Origin: an uncultured archaeon
GTDB lineage: Archaea; Iainarchaeota; Iainarchaeia; Iainarchaeales; GCA-2688035
Direction: 5' to 3'
DNA length: 64,000 nt
Assembly: GCA_964354805.1 (NCBI GenBank)
Contig: CAYHBD010000009.1
Coordinates: forward strand, 91,538 to 155,537
The notes below the pieces were generated by a model, which did not search any database, was not told the origin of the DNA, and worked only from the letters and a program-made list of their open reading frames with translations. The position numbers were made by a program, and so were the translations under genes. This document shows positions 29,318 to 38,029 of this stretch, piece by piece. The first letter of the stretch is position 1. Each line of letters starts with the position of its first letter.

Positions 29318-29908
29318 ATGCGGAAGGCAGAGTTTGTTTTCAGGGAATTGCTTTTTCAGGTGCTTGAAAAAAGGGCGTATTCCTTTACCCAAAAGGATTT
29401 AAGCAGCAGGCTGAATATCAGCCTGAGCAATGTAAACCATGCCTTGCTCAGGCTGAGGGCAATGAACGCAGTCAAAGTAAAGCCAATGGGCTGCTCTGTT
29501 GTGAATGCAAAGAAGATCCTGTTCCACTGGGCTTGCAGCAGGAACCTGCAAAAGGACATTGTGTACAGCACAAGGGCTGAAATGCCTGTCAGGGAGATTG
29601 AGAAAAACATGCCTGCTGATGCAATTTTCACTGCTTACAGCGGATTCAAATTCAAATTCAATGATGCGCCTGCTGACTACAGCGAGGTGTATGTTTACGC
29701 TGCTGACTTGGATGAAATGCGCAAAAGGTTTCCGCATTCGGCGAAGCAGCCAAACCTTTTCGTATTGCAGTGCGATGCAATAATGCAAAGGCATGGAAAC
29801 ATTGCCCCAACAGGACAGTTATTCGCTGACTTGTGGAATTTGCCTGAATGGTATGCGCGAGACTTCCTTAAAGCGCTGGAGGCGAAAATCGATGCCCTAC
29901 TGGAATGA
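29318..29908 (+). CDS. wHTH-containing protein, candidate AbiEi-like antitoxin/regulator of the downstream nucleotidyltransferase
   Basis: N-terminal HTH (FTQKDLSSRLNISLSNVNHALLRLRAMN). Overlaps the downstream NTase gene by 17 nt. Confidence 0.35.
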   Translation: MRKAEFVFRELLFQVLEKRAYSFTQKDLSSRLNISLSNVNHALLRLRAMNAVKVKPMGCSVVNAKKILFHWACSRNLQKDIVYSTRAEMPVREIEKNMPADAIFTAYSGFKFKFNDAPADYSEVYVYAADLDEMRKRFPHSAKQPNLFVLQCDAIMQRHGNIAPTGQLFADLWNLPEWYARDFLKALEAKIDALLE

Positions 29909-30512
29909 ACTGGTAACTGAAAAAAGCTGGCGAAAACTGGCGGAACTGCGCCAGCAAAAAATACGGTTTGTTTTAATCGGAGGCTGGGCGGCATGGCTTT
30001 ACACAAAATCGCTAAAAAGCAAAGACATTGACATAATTGTGGGCTTTTCTGAATTAAGCAAGCTGCGCCAATTGTTTGATTTGACCAAAAATGATAGGCT
30101 GAAAAAATACCAGTTCGTTTTGGACGAAATTGACGTTGACGTTTATGTTGAACACTTTTCACTACTGGCAATTCCAGTGGAAGAGGCCATGAAAGAAATA
30201 ACACAAATAGAGGGCTTTACAGTAGTAAAGCCAGAAATGCTGTTGATTCTGAAGCAGGGCGCGGAAGAAGCAAGGCAAAAAAGCGAAAAGGGCCTGAAGG
30301 ACAGAATCGACATAATTGAACTGCTGCTGAAAGCAGGCATAAACTTTTCAGAATACAACAAAACACTGCAAAGGCACGGCATTGAACACTTCAGGCAGAG
30401 GCTGATTGAAATACTGCAAAACTTCAGTGAAACAAAATACCTGAACCTCAACCCAAGGGAATTCAAAAAAAAGAAGCAACAACTGCTGCGTGAAATAAAA
30501 GAAACCAAATAA
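29892..30512 (+). CDS. Minimal nucleotidyltransferase-fold protein (AbiEii/DUF1814-like candidate toxin); the track ORF starts earlier at 29793
   Basis: LIGGWAAWLYTKSLKSKDIDIIV matches the hGG-x(n)-DhDh polymerase-beta NTase signature. Paired with the upstream wHTH gene. Confidence 0.45.
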   Translation: MPYWNELVTEKSWRKLAELRQQKIRFVLIGGWAAWLYTKSLKSKDIDIIVGFSELSKLRQLFDLTKNDRLKKYQFVLDEIDVDVYVEHFSLLAIPVEEAMKEITQIEGFTVVKPEMLLILKQGAEEARQKSEKGLKDRIDIIELLLKAGINFSEYNKTLQRHGIEHFRQRLIEILQNFSETKYLNLNPREFKKKKQQLLREIKETK

Positions 30513-30596
30513 TTGCAGGACAGCTGGGTCAAATTTTTTAACGGCAGTAAAGCCCAAACAGAAAAAAACAAATTCAGGCTCAAATTTAAAACAATT

Positions 30597-30637
30597 AAAT
30601 TTTTATTAAAGAAAGCGCTTTATTTAACTGGATAAAA
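30597..30637 (+). promoter_or_regulatory. Conserved ~40-nt upstream element (TATA-like TTTTTATT plus conserved spacer) shared by all five WKRGEI-tail family genes; copy A
   Basis: aaatttttattaaagaaagcgctttatttaactggataaaa followed directly by ATG. The other copies are at 42159..42199, 44379..44419, 45965..46003 and 48109..48147. Confidence 0.55.
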
Positions 30638-32368
30638 ATGAGACGCAATCCCGCATTTTTTGTAATTGCTTTTCTTGCAGCATTTTTGCTAGTGAGCAAT
30701 GGCTGCTATGCCCAAGCCTTTGAGCATTCGCTCCATTTTTTTCAAATCAGGTATGGTGACAGTATGGGGGAGCCTCTTCCAGCCGGCAAAGTTGAGTTCA
30801 CAATCGGGCCTAATGCATATGACGGCTTGCTGCAGTATGCGTATGTATCGTTTATGACAATTACCCCCCAGGAAAATGTTAGTAGGGGAGATGCTCCGGG
30901 TTATGTTGTTTCACTTGACCCGAGTGAAATAGACACTGTATACAGCCAAAAAGGATACTGGCGGGGCAACGTATATCGGGTAGATAAAAATGAGCTGCAA
31001 ATAGCGGATATTCAAAAAATACACAAAGAATTAAATCCAAGCGATCCGGCATTATATTTTGGCGCTGAGTTGGATGCCAGCGAGAAACCAGCCAAGCCCG
31101 CTGGCTTAACAGATGCGGATTATCAGAATGGCAAAACAATTGTTGTTCCAGCAAGATATAATAATGATGTACCGTTCCAGAGAAGGTTTTTTTTTAATTT
31201 AAATGCCGAGGCAGTGAGAGAATACATGATCCTGTACGCGTTAAAGCAAGCTGGGTCAAAAAACATTTTTGTTGATGGTGCTTTTGTTAGTAACTGCCAG
31301 ATTTGTGTTAATTGCGGTTTTTATTCAGGTGGGGAATGTCCTAAAGGAGAATTAGGAGAATCAAAAGAATTGCATTATATTTCCAACGAGAGCGCTTCTA
31401 GTCAAATAATTACTTACACCTCGCAAATAAATGGCATCCTCAACAAAATAAAGGGCAGCCGACAGATTATACTTAATGGCTTTAGTTTAAGCCAATCCCA
31501 CCCATCTACCGCAGAAGTGCTTCGTTGGCTGTTGGATCATGGTTCCACTAATTTTGATGGAATAATGCTGGAAAACGGATTTTGGGGAGATGATCAGTTT
31601 TATGCCACTGATTTTTCTGCCAACGGGGGGCATGGCAATAACTGCATTGAGCCCTGGAAGTATCAAGGATTGGGCTACAGGGATCATATATGCACTGATA
31701 TCGAATATTATAGGAAGTATATATTGGAGTTAAAGAACACGAACAAGAAATTTTTGTTTGTAGCTGGAAGTGATGTTGAAGGCCACCCAGATTATTTAAA
31801 ATTTGCTATAGGCAACCCTTTGATTGAAGATATATGGCTGTGGTTTCACCTTATTGCAAGCCAAAACACCTATTTCTATATCACGCAGACTACCCAAGAG
31901 CCAATGCTAAATTACCCAGTCTACGATTCTCCTTTGGGGGTGCCCTTAGAAGAAGAGGGGCCCAGCAAAGATGGCAATACCTGGTCCAGAGAATACGAAA
32001 GAGGCACAGTTGTTTTTGACACAACAAAAGGCTGCATAAGTGAAATCAAATTCATTGAAAAAGAAATATGCGACGGCAAAGACAACGACGGCGATACCCT
32101 TATCGATGAAGACAATGTCTGCTGCAACAACGGGCAATGCGATGCTGGCGAAACAGTTACAACATGCCCGCAAGACTGCAAGTGTGGCAATACCCTATGC
32201 GATGCAGGCGAAACATTTGAAACCTGCCCAGAGGATTGCCAAGAATGCGTTGATAACGAAAAACTAGTAGGCGACTACATCCCCAAATGGAAAAGGGGAG
32301 AAATAACCATGCTTGTGCTGATGCAGAAAATCGCGGCACGAAACGCAGGAACAGGATGCCCGCAATAA
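30638..32368 (+). CDS. Secreted protein, family member A of the 'WKRGEI-tail' family. Signal peptide with Cys near the cleavage site, a putative carbohydrate-active/TIM-like core, two Cys mini-modules, and the conserved C-terminal tail.
   Basis: Signal MRRNPAFFVIAFLAAFLLVSNGC. C-terminus CKCGNTLCDAGETFETCPEDCQECVDNEKLVGDYIPKWKRGEITMLVLMQKIAARNAGTGCPQ. Conserved upstream element at 30597..30637. Confidence 0.7.
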   Translation: MRRNPAFFVIAFLAAFLLVSNGCYAQAFEHSLHFFQIRYGDSMGEPLPAGKVEFTIGPNAYDGLLQYAYVSFMTITPQENVSRGDAPGYVVSLDPSEIDTVYSQKGYWRGNVYRVDKNELQIADIQKIHKELNPSDPALYFGAELDASEKPAKPAGLTDADYQNGKTIVVPARYNNDVPFQRRFFFNLNAEAVREYMILYALKQAGSKNIFVDGAFVSNCQICVNCGFYSGGECPKGELGESKELHYISNESASSQIITYTSQINGILNKIKGSRQIILNGFSLSQSHPSTAEVLRWLLDHGSTNFDGIMLENGFWGDDQFYATDFSANGGHGNNCIEPWKYQGLGYRDHICTDIEYYRKYILELKNTNKKFLFVAGSDVEGHPDYLKFAIGNPLIEDIWLWFHLIASQNTYFYITQTTQEPMLNYPVYDSPLGVPLEEEGPSKDGNTWSREYERGTVVFDTTKGCISEIKFIEKEICDGKDNDGDTLIDEDNVCCNNGQCDAGETVTTCPQDCKCGNTLCDAGETFETCPEDCQECVDNEKLVGDYIPKWKRGEITMLVLMQKIAARNAGTGCPQ

Positions 32369-32527
32369 AAAAAGTGGCGAAAGAAGAGTTAAACAATATT
32401 ATTAAAGACTTTTTAAACGCAATTAATTGAAAGGGGCAAAAGAAAAGGGGCAATTGCAATGCAACTCATCAGGCAGAAGCCTTTTTTGCTGATGCAAAAA
32501 AGCCTTGGGAAAGAAAGGTGCCAATAA

Positions 32528-33130
32528 ATGCGGCTGGTAAGGCAGGGAGCAGAGGCAAAGCTGTTCAGAACAGAATTTGAGGGAAAGCCCGCGCTCTTGA
32601 AGCAGCGTTTGCCAAAAGATTACAGGTGCAATGAGTTGGATGAAAGGCTGAGGAAGGAAAGAACAACAGTGGAGGGAAATCTGCTGAGGGCCGCAAGGCA
32701 GCTTGGCATCAACACACCGCTCGTTTTCTCAGTTGAAAAGGGGAAGAGCGAAATATTAATGCAATTCATTTCCGGGCCCAGGGTAAAAGACGTTTTAAGC
32801 AAAAAGAACCTGAAAATCTGTAGTGACATTGGCAAAGCAATTGCACTAATGCACGAAAGCAATCTGATTCACGGCGACCTGACCACTTCAAATATTCTGC
32901 TTGACGGAAAAAAGTTGTTCTTTATTGATTTTGGATTGGGCTACCGCAGCAGCAAGCTGGAGGACAAGGCAGTTGATTTGCTTGTTTTCAAAAAAACATT
33001 TGAGGCAACCCACTGCAAGCTGATGCCAAAAGGCTGGGAGAAAATAATTGGGGGCTATCTGCAGGCAGGCGGCTCAGATGGCATTGTAAAACAGATGCAG
33101 AAAGTGGAGCAAAGAGTGAGGTACCATTAG
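32528..33130 (+). CDS. bud32: KEOPS complex kinase Bud32 (standalone)
   Basis: About 200 aa RIO-type kinase. LIHGDLTTSNILL catalytic loop and FIDFGLG DFG-like motif. Confidence 0.8.
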   Translation: MRLVRQGAEAKLFRTEFEGKPALLKQRLPKDYRCNELDERLRKERTTVEGNLLRAARQLGINTPLVFSVEKGKSEILMQFISGPRVKDVLSKKNLKICSDIGKAIALMHESNLIHGDLTTSNILLDGKKLFFIDFGLGYRSSKLEDKAVDLLVFKKTFEATHCKLMPKGWEKIIGGYLQAGGSDGIVKQMQKVEQRVRYH

Positions 33131-33332
33131 GCAGCAAAAAGGCTTTGCCGAAGGCAGTTTTCCCAAGGCTTTTTCCAGGGGGAAAAAGGCTTTTTAAATG
33201 TTTTGAAAGCAAAGGTATTTACAATTTTTAGTTTTTTCTTTCCCGTTTCAGTAAGAGCGGGAAGGTAGCTGCTGAAAAGCGGTGATTCTTGGCAAAAAAT
33301 GAAAATGGCTGGCAAGGTAAACCCAATCGTTT

Positions 33333-34043
33333 TTGGTGATTTTATTGGCAAAAAAGAAGGAAGAGCAAAAAGAGGGCAGGGAAGCCAAGCGGGAAAAGGC
33401 TAGCGATAAGAAGGCTGCGAAAGAAAAGGAAGAAGAGAAACAGAAAGCTGCCGAAAAAAAGCCCAGGCAGCACAAGCCGAGGGTAACGGAATTGGAGCAC
33501 AAGCTGGCTGAGGCACAGGAAAAGCTTAGGCAGAAAAAGGAGAAAGAGGCCAAAGAGGAGGGCAAAGCAGCTGAAAAAGCCACTGCTGAAAAGCCGCTGC
33601 ATGCAAAGGAAGGTCTGCCTGAAAGACTGCACAGGGAGCGGAAGCCGGGAGTTCCTGCATGGGTTGAATTAAAGCCAGCTGAGGCAGTTGAGGCAATGGT
33701 TAATCTGGCTAACGCAGGGCACAGCAGCAGCGAGATTGGAATGCTTTTGAGGGACCAGTACGGGGTTCCAAACATTAAGGCATTGTGCGGCAAGAGCATT
33801 GAAGAGATTCTTGCAGAGCACAAATTGCTGCCTGAGATTCCATCAGACCTGATGAATTTGATTAAGAGAAGCGTTAATTTAAACAAGCACCTTGCGAAAA
33901 ACAGGAAGGATTTCACTGCAAAAAGGGGCCTGCAGCTCAGTGTCGCAAAAATCAGGAACCTTGTAACTTACTACAAGAGAAAGGGCAAGCTGCCAATGGA
34001 CTGGCATTACAGCGAGGAAACAGCAGCATTGCTGGTGAAGTGA
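33333..34043 (+). CDS. rps15: 30S ribosomal protein S15 (uS15, eukaryotic S13e type) with a ~90-aa K/E-rich N-terminal extension; non-ATG start, exact start uncertain
   Basis: GHSSSEIGMLLRDQYGVPNIK...LMNLIKRSVNLNKHL...RGLQLSVAKIRNLVTYYKRKGKLP is closely similar to the archaeal S15/S13e family. Confidence 0.8.
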   Translation: MVILLAKKKEEQKEGREAKREKASDKKAAKEKEEEKQKAAEKKPRQHKPRVTELEHKLAEAQEKLRQKKEKEAKEEGKAAEKATAEKPLHAKEGLPERLHRERKPGVPAWVELKPAEAVEAMVNLANAGHSSSEIGMLLRDQYGVPNIKALCGKSIEEILAEHKLLPEIPSDLMNLIKRSVNLNKHLAKNRKDFTAKRGLQLSVAKIRNLVTYYKRKGKLPMDWHYSEETAALLVK

Positions 34044-34233
34044 TATTAAAAAAGTGAATTAAATGGATTGTGGTTTTGTTTTGAAAAAGCAGGGCAAAGT
34101 GATTGCAAAACAGAAAGGGATTGCTGACTTGCAGCAAATGCTTTGTGCAATTGACGCAGTAATCACGAAAGAGCAGGGCAACTGAAAATGGATGCTGAAA
34201 AAGGAAAAAATGGTGGAACAAAGGTGACTGAGA

Positions 34234-34842
34234 ATGGCTGCTGAGAAAGAGAAGAAGGCAAGGGTTGTTGACAAGTGGAAGAAAAAGCAGTGGTTTGAAC
34301 TGGTTGCGCCGAAAGAGTTTGATGAAAAGGTCATTGGCGAAACAATTGCTGAAAAAGAGAAAAACCTTTTGAACAGGGTTGTGAGCGTTAATCTGGGCGA
34401 CCTGAGCGGCCAGAGGCAGAGAAGGCACATAAGCATCTTGTTCAAGGTAGTGCAGGTTGAAGGAAAGAGGGCGAAAACAATTGCAATTGGCCACAGCATA
34501 AGCGGGGGCTTTGTGAACAGAATGATCAGGCGGAGAATGAGCAAGCTTGAGGTAACCCAGCAGATTGACATTGCTGAAGGAAAAAAACTGAAGGTCAAAA
34601 CCATTGTTCTTTCTGTTAAAAAGCTGAGCAGCAAGCAGGAAACTGCCCTGCGAAACCAGCTGGCTGAAAGGATTGAAAAAATGTACAGGAAAAAGACAGA
34701 GCTGCAGACAATGCAGGAATTGTTTTTCGGAGTCACGGCATCCAAGCTTTTCAAGCCACTTTTAAAGATCGCGCCACTGAAGAAAATCGAAGTGATTGAA
34801 AGCAGGCTGATTGGACAAGGGGCAATTGAACAAAAGGCTTAA
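34234..34842 (+). CDS. rps3ae: 30S ribosomal protein S3Ae
   Basis: VVDKWKKKQWFELVAPKEF...VNLGDLSG matches the S3Ae family N-terminus. About 200 aa. Confidence 0.85.
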   Translation: MAAEKEKKARVVDKWKKKQWFELVAPKEFDEKVIGETIAEKEKNLLNRVVSVNLGDLSGQRQRRHISILFKVVQVEGKRAKTIAIGHSISGGFVNRMIRRRMSKLEVTQQIDIAEGKKLKVKTIVLSVKKLSSKQETALRNQLAERIEKMYRKKTELQTMQELFFGVTASKLFKPLLKIAPLKKIEVIESRLIGQGAIEQKA

Positions 34843-34917
34843 AGAAAAATTGAATGACTGAATTAAATTTAAATAAGTTAACGCAGGCTGATTGGATAGA
34901 ACTGTCGAAGGGAAAGT

Positions 34918-35601
34918 ATGACTGAACTGCTGCATGCGGCAATAGTTCTGGCTGTTTTGTGCATTTTCTCAATTGTGAGCTATAAAAAAAAGCTGCTTGA
35001 CTTTGAAGGCATTCTTGTTGCAAACATCGTTGGCTTATTCATTTTTTTGCTTGGGAACATTGTAAATTTTCTTTTCATCGTTTTCTTTTTCATAATAGCC
35101 GAAGCCAGCACTATTTTTGCAAGGAAAAACAGTAGAACAAAACATGAAGTGAGGACAACCGGAAACATTTTGGGCAACAGCGGAGCAGCTGTTCTTTCCC
35201 TCATATTCAATTTTCCTTTCGGTTTCTTTGCTGCATTGTCAGCTGCTTTGGCTGACACGCTGAGCAGCGAAATAGGCCTGCTTTCAAAAAGAAAACCTGT
35301 CCTGATAACAACACTGGAAAAAGTGCCGCACGGCACTGATGGTGGGGTTACACCGCTCGGAATGTACGCTGCGCTGGCAGGCGCTGCAGCGATTGCCTCA
35401 ATCCACTTTTATTTGCAGCAAAACCTTTTGCTTTTTCTTGTTTTGATTGCAAGCGGTTTTATCGGCAGCACTGTTGACAGCTTCTTCGGCGCAGTATTCG
35501 AAAGAAAAAAAATGCTGAACAACGCCGAAGTAAACTTTTTGGGCAGCTGCGGCGGGGTTGCAGCAGGGCTTCTTTTAATCAGGCTGGCTGCAATCTTGTA
35601 A
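34918..35601 (+). CDS. DUF92/TMEM19-family integral membrane protein
   Basis: Polytopic membrane protein with Gly-rich segments (LGNSGAAVLS, ADTLSSEIG) characteristic of DUF92. Confidence 0.5.
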   Translation: MTELLHAAIVLAVLCIFSIVSYKKKLLDFEGILVANIVGLFIFLLGNIVNFLFIVFFFIIAEASTIFARKNSRTKHEVRTTGNILGNSGAAVLSLIFNFPFGFFAALSAALADTLSSEIGLLSKRKPVLITTLEKVPHGTDGGVTPLGMYAALAGAAAIASIHFYLQQNLLLFLVLIASGFIGSTVDSFFGAVFERKKMLNNAEVNFLGSCGGVAAGLLLIRLAAIL

Positions 35602-35668
35602 GTTTTGCCAAAGTGCCACAATCAGCTTTCAAAAGCCAGTTTGTCTGAAACCCGCCAATTTTTGCAGG

Positions 35669-36589
35669 CTATGACTGTATGCTCGGCTGCTGGCTTTCAA
35701 ACATGCCCTGCTTCATCCCAAAGCCGAAGCTGTAGCCTGCGCTGCCTAATAAGTCGAGCAAGCTCGCTTCCTTTTTTCCAAAATCAACTGTTTCAGGGGA
35801 CTCAATGCCTGCAAACTGGGCTGCCTTTGCTATTGCATCCTGCTTTGTGCCAAGCCCGTCAATCAGGCCTGCTGCAAGCGCCTGCTCTCCGCTCAAAATC
35901 CTGCCGTCGCTCAAGCGCTCAAACTCGGCTCTATTCAGCCTTTCGCCCCTGAATTTGATTATATCTCCCTTGAAGTGCTTGAATGCGCTGGACAAAATTT
36001 CCTGCATTATTTCAAGCTGCTCTGCATCCATTTCTTCGAACATGCTGCCCATTGCCTTGTTCTCGCCTTCCTTCAGAACCCGCACTTTCACGCCGTATTT
36101 TTTCAGCAGTTCCTCAATGTTTGCAACAATGCTTATCACCCCAATGCTGCCGGTCAGGCTATCCGCATCGGCAACAACGTAGTCGCTGGCTGCCGCAACA
36201 TAGTATGCGCCGCTTGCTCCAAGGTCTCCAATCCATGCAACAACCTTTTTGCTCTTCTTTGCTTCCTGCACTGCAGCAACTATTTGCTTTGTTGCAACAA
36301 TGCTGCCGCCAGGGCTGTCAATGTCAAGTAATATTGCTGCAATGCTGGGGTCATCAGCTGCCTGCTGGACTTTCTCGGCTATTTCACTGCTGCTTAATTC
36401 CGTTACAAAAGAGGACTTTTCGGCTTCAATGCTGCCCTTTACAGGGATTACGGCGATTTTGCCTGAAAAAAGGCTGAATGAAGGAGAGAGAACAAGCAAT
36501 GCGCTGAACAAAAAAGCCAGGCCGATCAAGGCAACCAAGCCAAGCACTACGGCAATTAGAATCTTGTTCATCCCAAAAAACCCGGACAT
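35669..36589 (-). CDS. sppA: Signal peptide peptidase SppA (S49 family, 36K type)
   Basis: N-terminal TM, then ...GGSIVATKQI...WIGDLGASGAYYVAAASDYVVADADSLTGSIGV with the catalytic Ser and Lys of S49. Confidence 0.75.
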   Translation of the reverse strand: MSGFFGMNKILIAVVLGLVALIGLAFLFSALLVLSPSFSLFSGKIAVIPVKGSIEAEKSSFVTELSSSEIAEKVQQAADDPSIAAILLDIDSPGGSIVATKQIVAAVQEAKKSKKVVAWIGDLGASGAYYVAAASDYVVADADSLTGSIGVISIVANIEELLKKYGVKVRVLKEGENKAMGSMFEEMDAEQLEIMQEILSSAFKHFKGDIIKFRGERLNRAEFERLSDGRILSGEQALAAGLIDGLGTKQDAIAKAAQFAGIESPETVDFGKKEASLLDLLGSAGYSFGFGMKQGMFESQQPSIQS

Positions 36590-36732
36590 TATAACACCAA
36601 TTGCCCTGCAACAGTATAAAAATTTAATTGCCCCTCTTACCTTATAAATTTAATAACCATCCACCCGTTAAACAAAAAACCTGAATTAAAAAATTAAAAT
36701 CTTAGAATTAAACAAAAAAAAGTGGTTTTTCG

Positions 36733-37257
36733 GTGAGCCCAGATTTCATTCTCTTCGTTGCAAGAGCAAGCCTGATGGCGATTCCGCTCTACTTATGCAA
36801 CAGCATGGCCCTGGTTTTCGGAGGCAAAAAGCCAATCGATTTTGGAAAAAAATTCACGGATGGAAAGCGACTGCTTGGAGACGGCAAAACAATCAGGGGA
36901 ACAATTGCAGGAATCGCAATCAGCTCGGCAGCAGCGCTTGCCCTGAGCGCAATATTCCCTGAAACTACGATTTTTTTGAACGCAAACTACGCTCTTTACG
37001 GCACACTGCTCGCAATCGGGGCGGTTGCAGGTGACTTTGCAGGCAGCTTCGCGAAAAGGCGCAGGGGCATTGAAAGGGGCGGAAGCGTTTTCCTGCTTGA
37101 CCAGCTCGGCTTCGTTATTGCAGGGCTTGCGTTCGGCTGCCTGCTTGCCCAGCCGACAGCGCTTGAATTTTTTTTCCTGCTTGCATTCACAATGCTGGCG
37201 CACGTCATCGGCAACAGGATTGCCTTTCTGGCGAAAATAAAAAAAGTCCCATGGTAA
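36733..37257 (+). CDS. carS: CDP-archaeol synthase (CarS, DUF46 family)
   Basis: About 170 aa, five TM. GGKKPIDFGKK...DGKRLLGDGKTIRG cytoplasmic loop and GSFAKRRRGI motif typical of CarS. Confidence 0.6.
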   Translation: MSPDFILFVARASLMAIPLYLCNSMALVFGGKKPIDFGKKFTDGKRLLGDGKTIRGTIAGIAISSAAALALSAIFPETTIFLNANYALYGTLLAIGAVAGDFAGSFAKRRRGIERGGSVFLLDQLGFVIAGLAFGCLLAQPTALEFFFLLAFTMLAHVIGNRIAFLAKIKKVPW

Positions 37258-37308
37258 GCGAATGCCAAAAAAATAGAAAAAGTAAAAAAAATTTCCAAGG
37301 GTAATAAA

Positions 37309-37845
37309 ATGAAAAAAACCAAAAAGGAAAAGAAAAGCCATAGCGCAAAAGCAGCAAAAAAGGGTTTTGGTAAAAAAGCGGTTATTTTTCTAATCAAATT
37401 TTTTGCAATCTACGCAATAGCACAGGCGGCAATTTTAATCGCACCGCTCGGTCCGCTGAAAGAATGGATTGCATTAATTGAAGCAAGCGCGCTTGGGCTG
37501 CAGGCGCAGGGCAACAATATTTTGTTCAACGCGCATTCTTTTGAAATCACGGCGCAGTGCACTGGCTTGATGAGCGCAAGCGTTCTTGCGGCAATCGCAC
37601 TTAGCTTGAAAAAGCCCGGCCAGCGGAAAAAAATCGTGTTAATTGCTGCAGGCGCTGTGCTGCTCTTCTTCATAAACCTGTTTCGCGTTTATCTTGTCCT
37701 GCTTGCAGCAATCGCATTCAATCCTGATGCAGCAGGAACCCTGCACGAAATAACATGGTTCGCAATGGCTGCGCTAATTATTGTAATATGGTATTATTTG
37801 ACTAAAAGGATTGCCGGCGCAAAGGCGTTTGCGGAAATGCTGTAA
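37309..37845 (+). CDS. Exosortase/archaeosortase-family protein (short form)
   Basis: Multi-TM protein with TAQCTGLMS (the catalytic Cys motif xxCSGxxS of exo-/archaeosortases) followed by NLFRVYLVLL (conserved Arg). Only 178 aa with a basic N-terminus. Confidence 0.5.
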   Translation: MKKTKKEKKSHSAKAAKKGFGKKAVIFLIKFFAIYAIAQAAILIAPLGPLKEWIALIEASALGLQAQGNNILFNAHSFEITAQCTGLMSASVLAAIALSLKKPGQRKKIVLIAAGAVLLFFINLFRVYLVLLAAIAFNPDAAGTLHEITWFAMAALIIVIWYYLTKRIAGAKAFAEML

Positions 37846-38029
37846 AAGATCCACGCCTAAAGGTGTGGGCTTTGTTAAGCACAATGACAACGCAGAACAC
37901 GGCTGTGCTATTGGAGCAGGATTCATCCAACAGCCTTTAACAAAGGCTGGCGAAATTTTAATGCACTTTTTGCTAAAAAGTGCAATCGTTAAAGCAAATG
38001 ACTTTTTCCTGCACAGGCGTAAAGCAACG

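Noticed and set aside
33305-33430. Alternative small ORF (MAGKVNPIVFGDFIGKKEGRAKRGQGSQAGKG) overlapping the rps15 upstream region
   Set aside because: Out of frame with the conserved S15 domain and low complexity. It is more likely the 5' leader or extension region of rps15.
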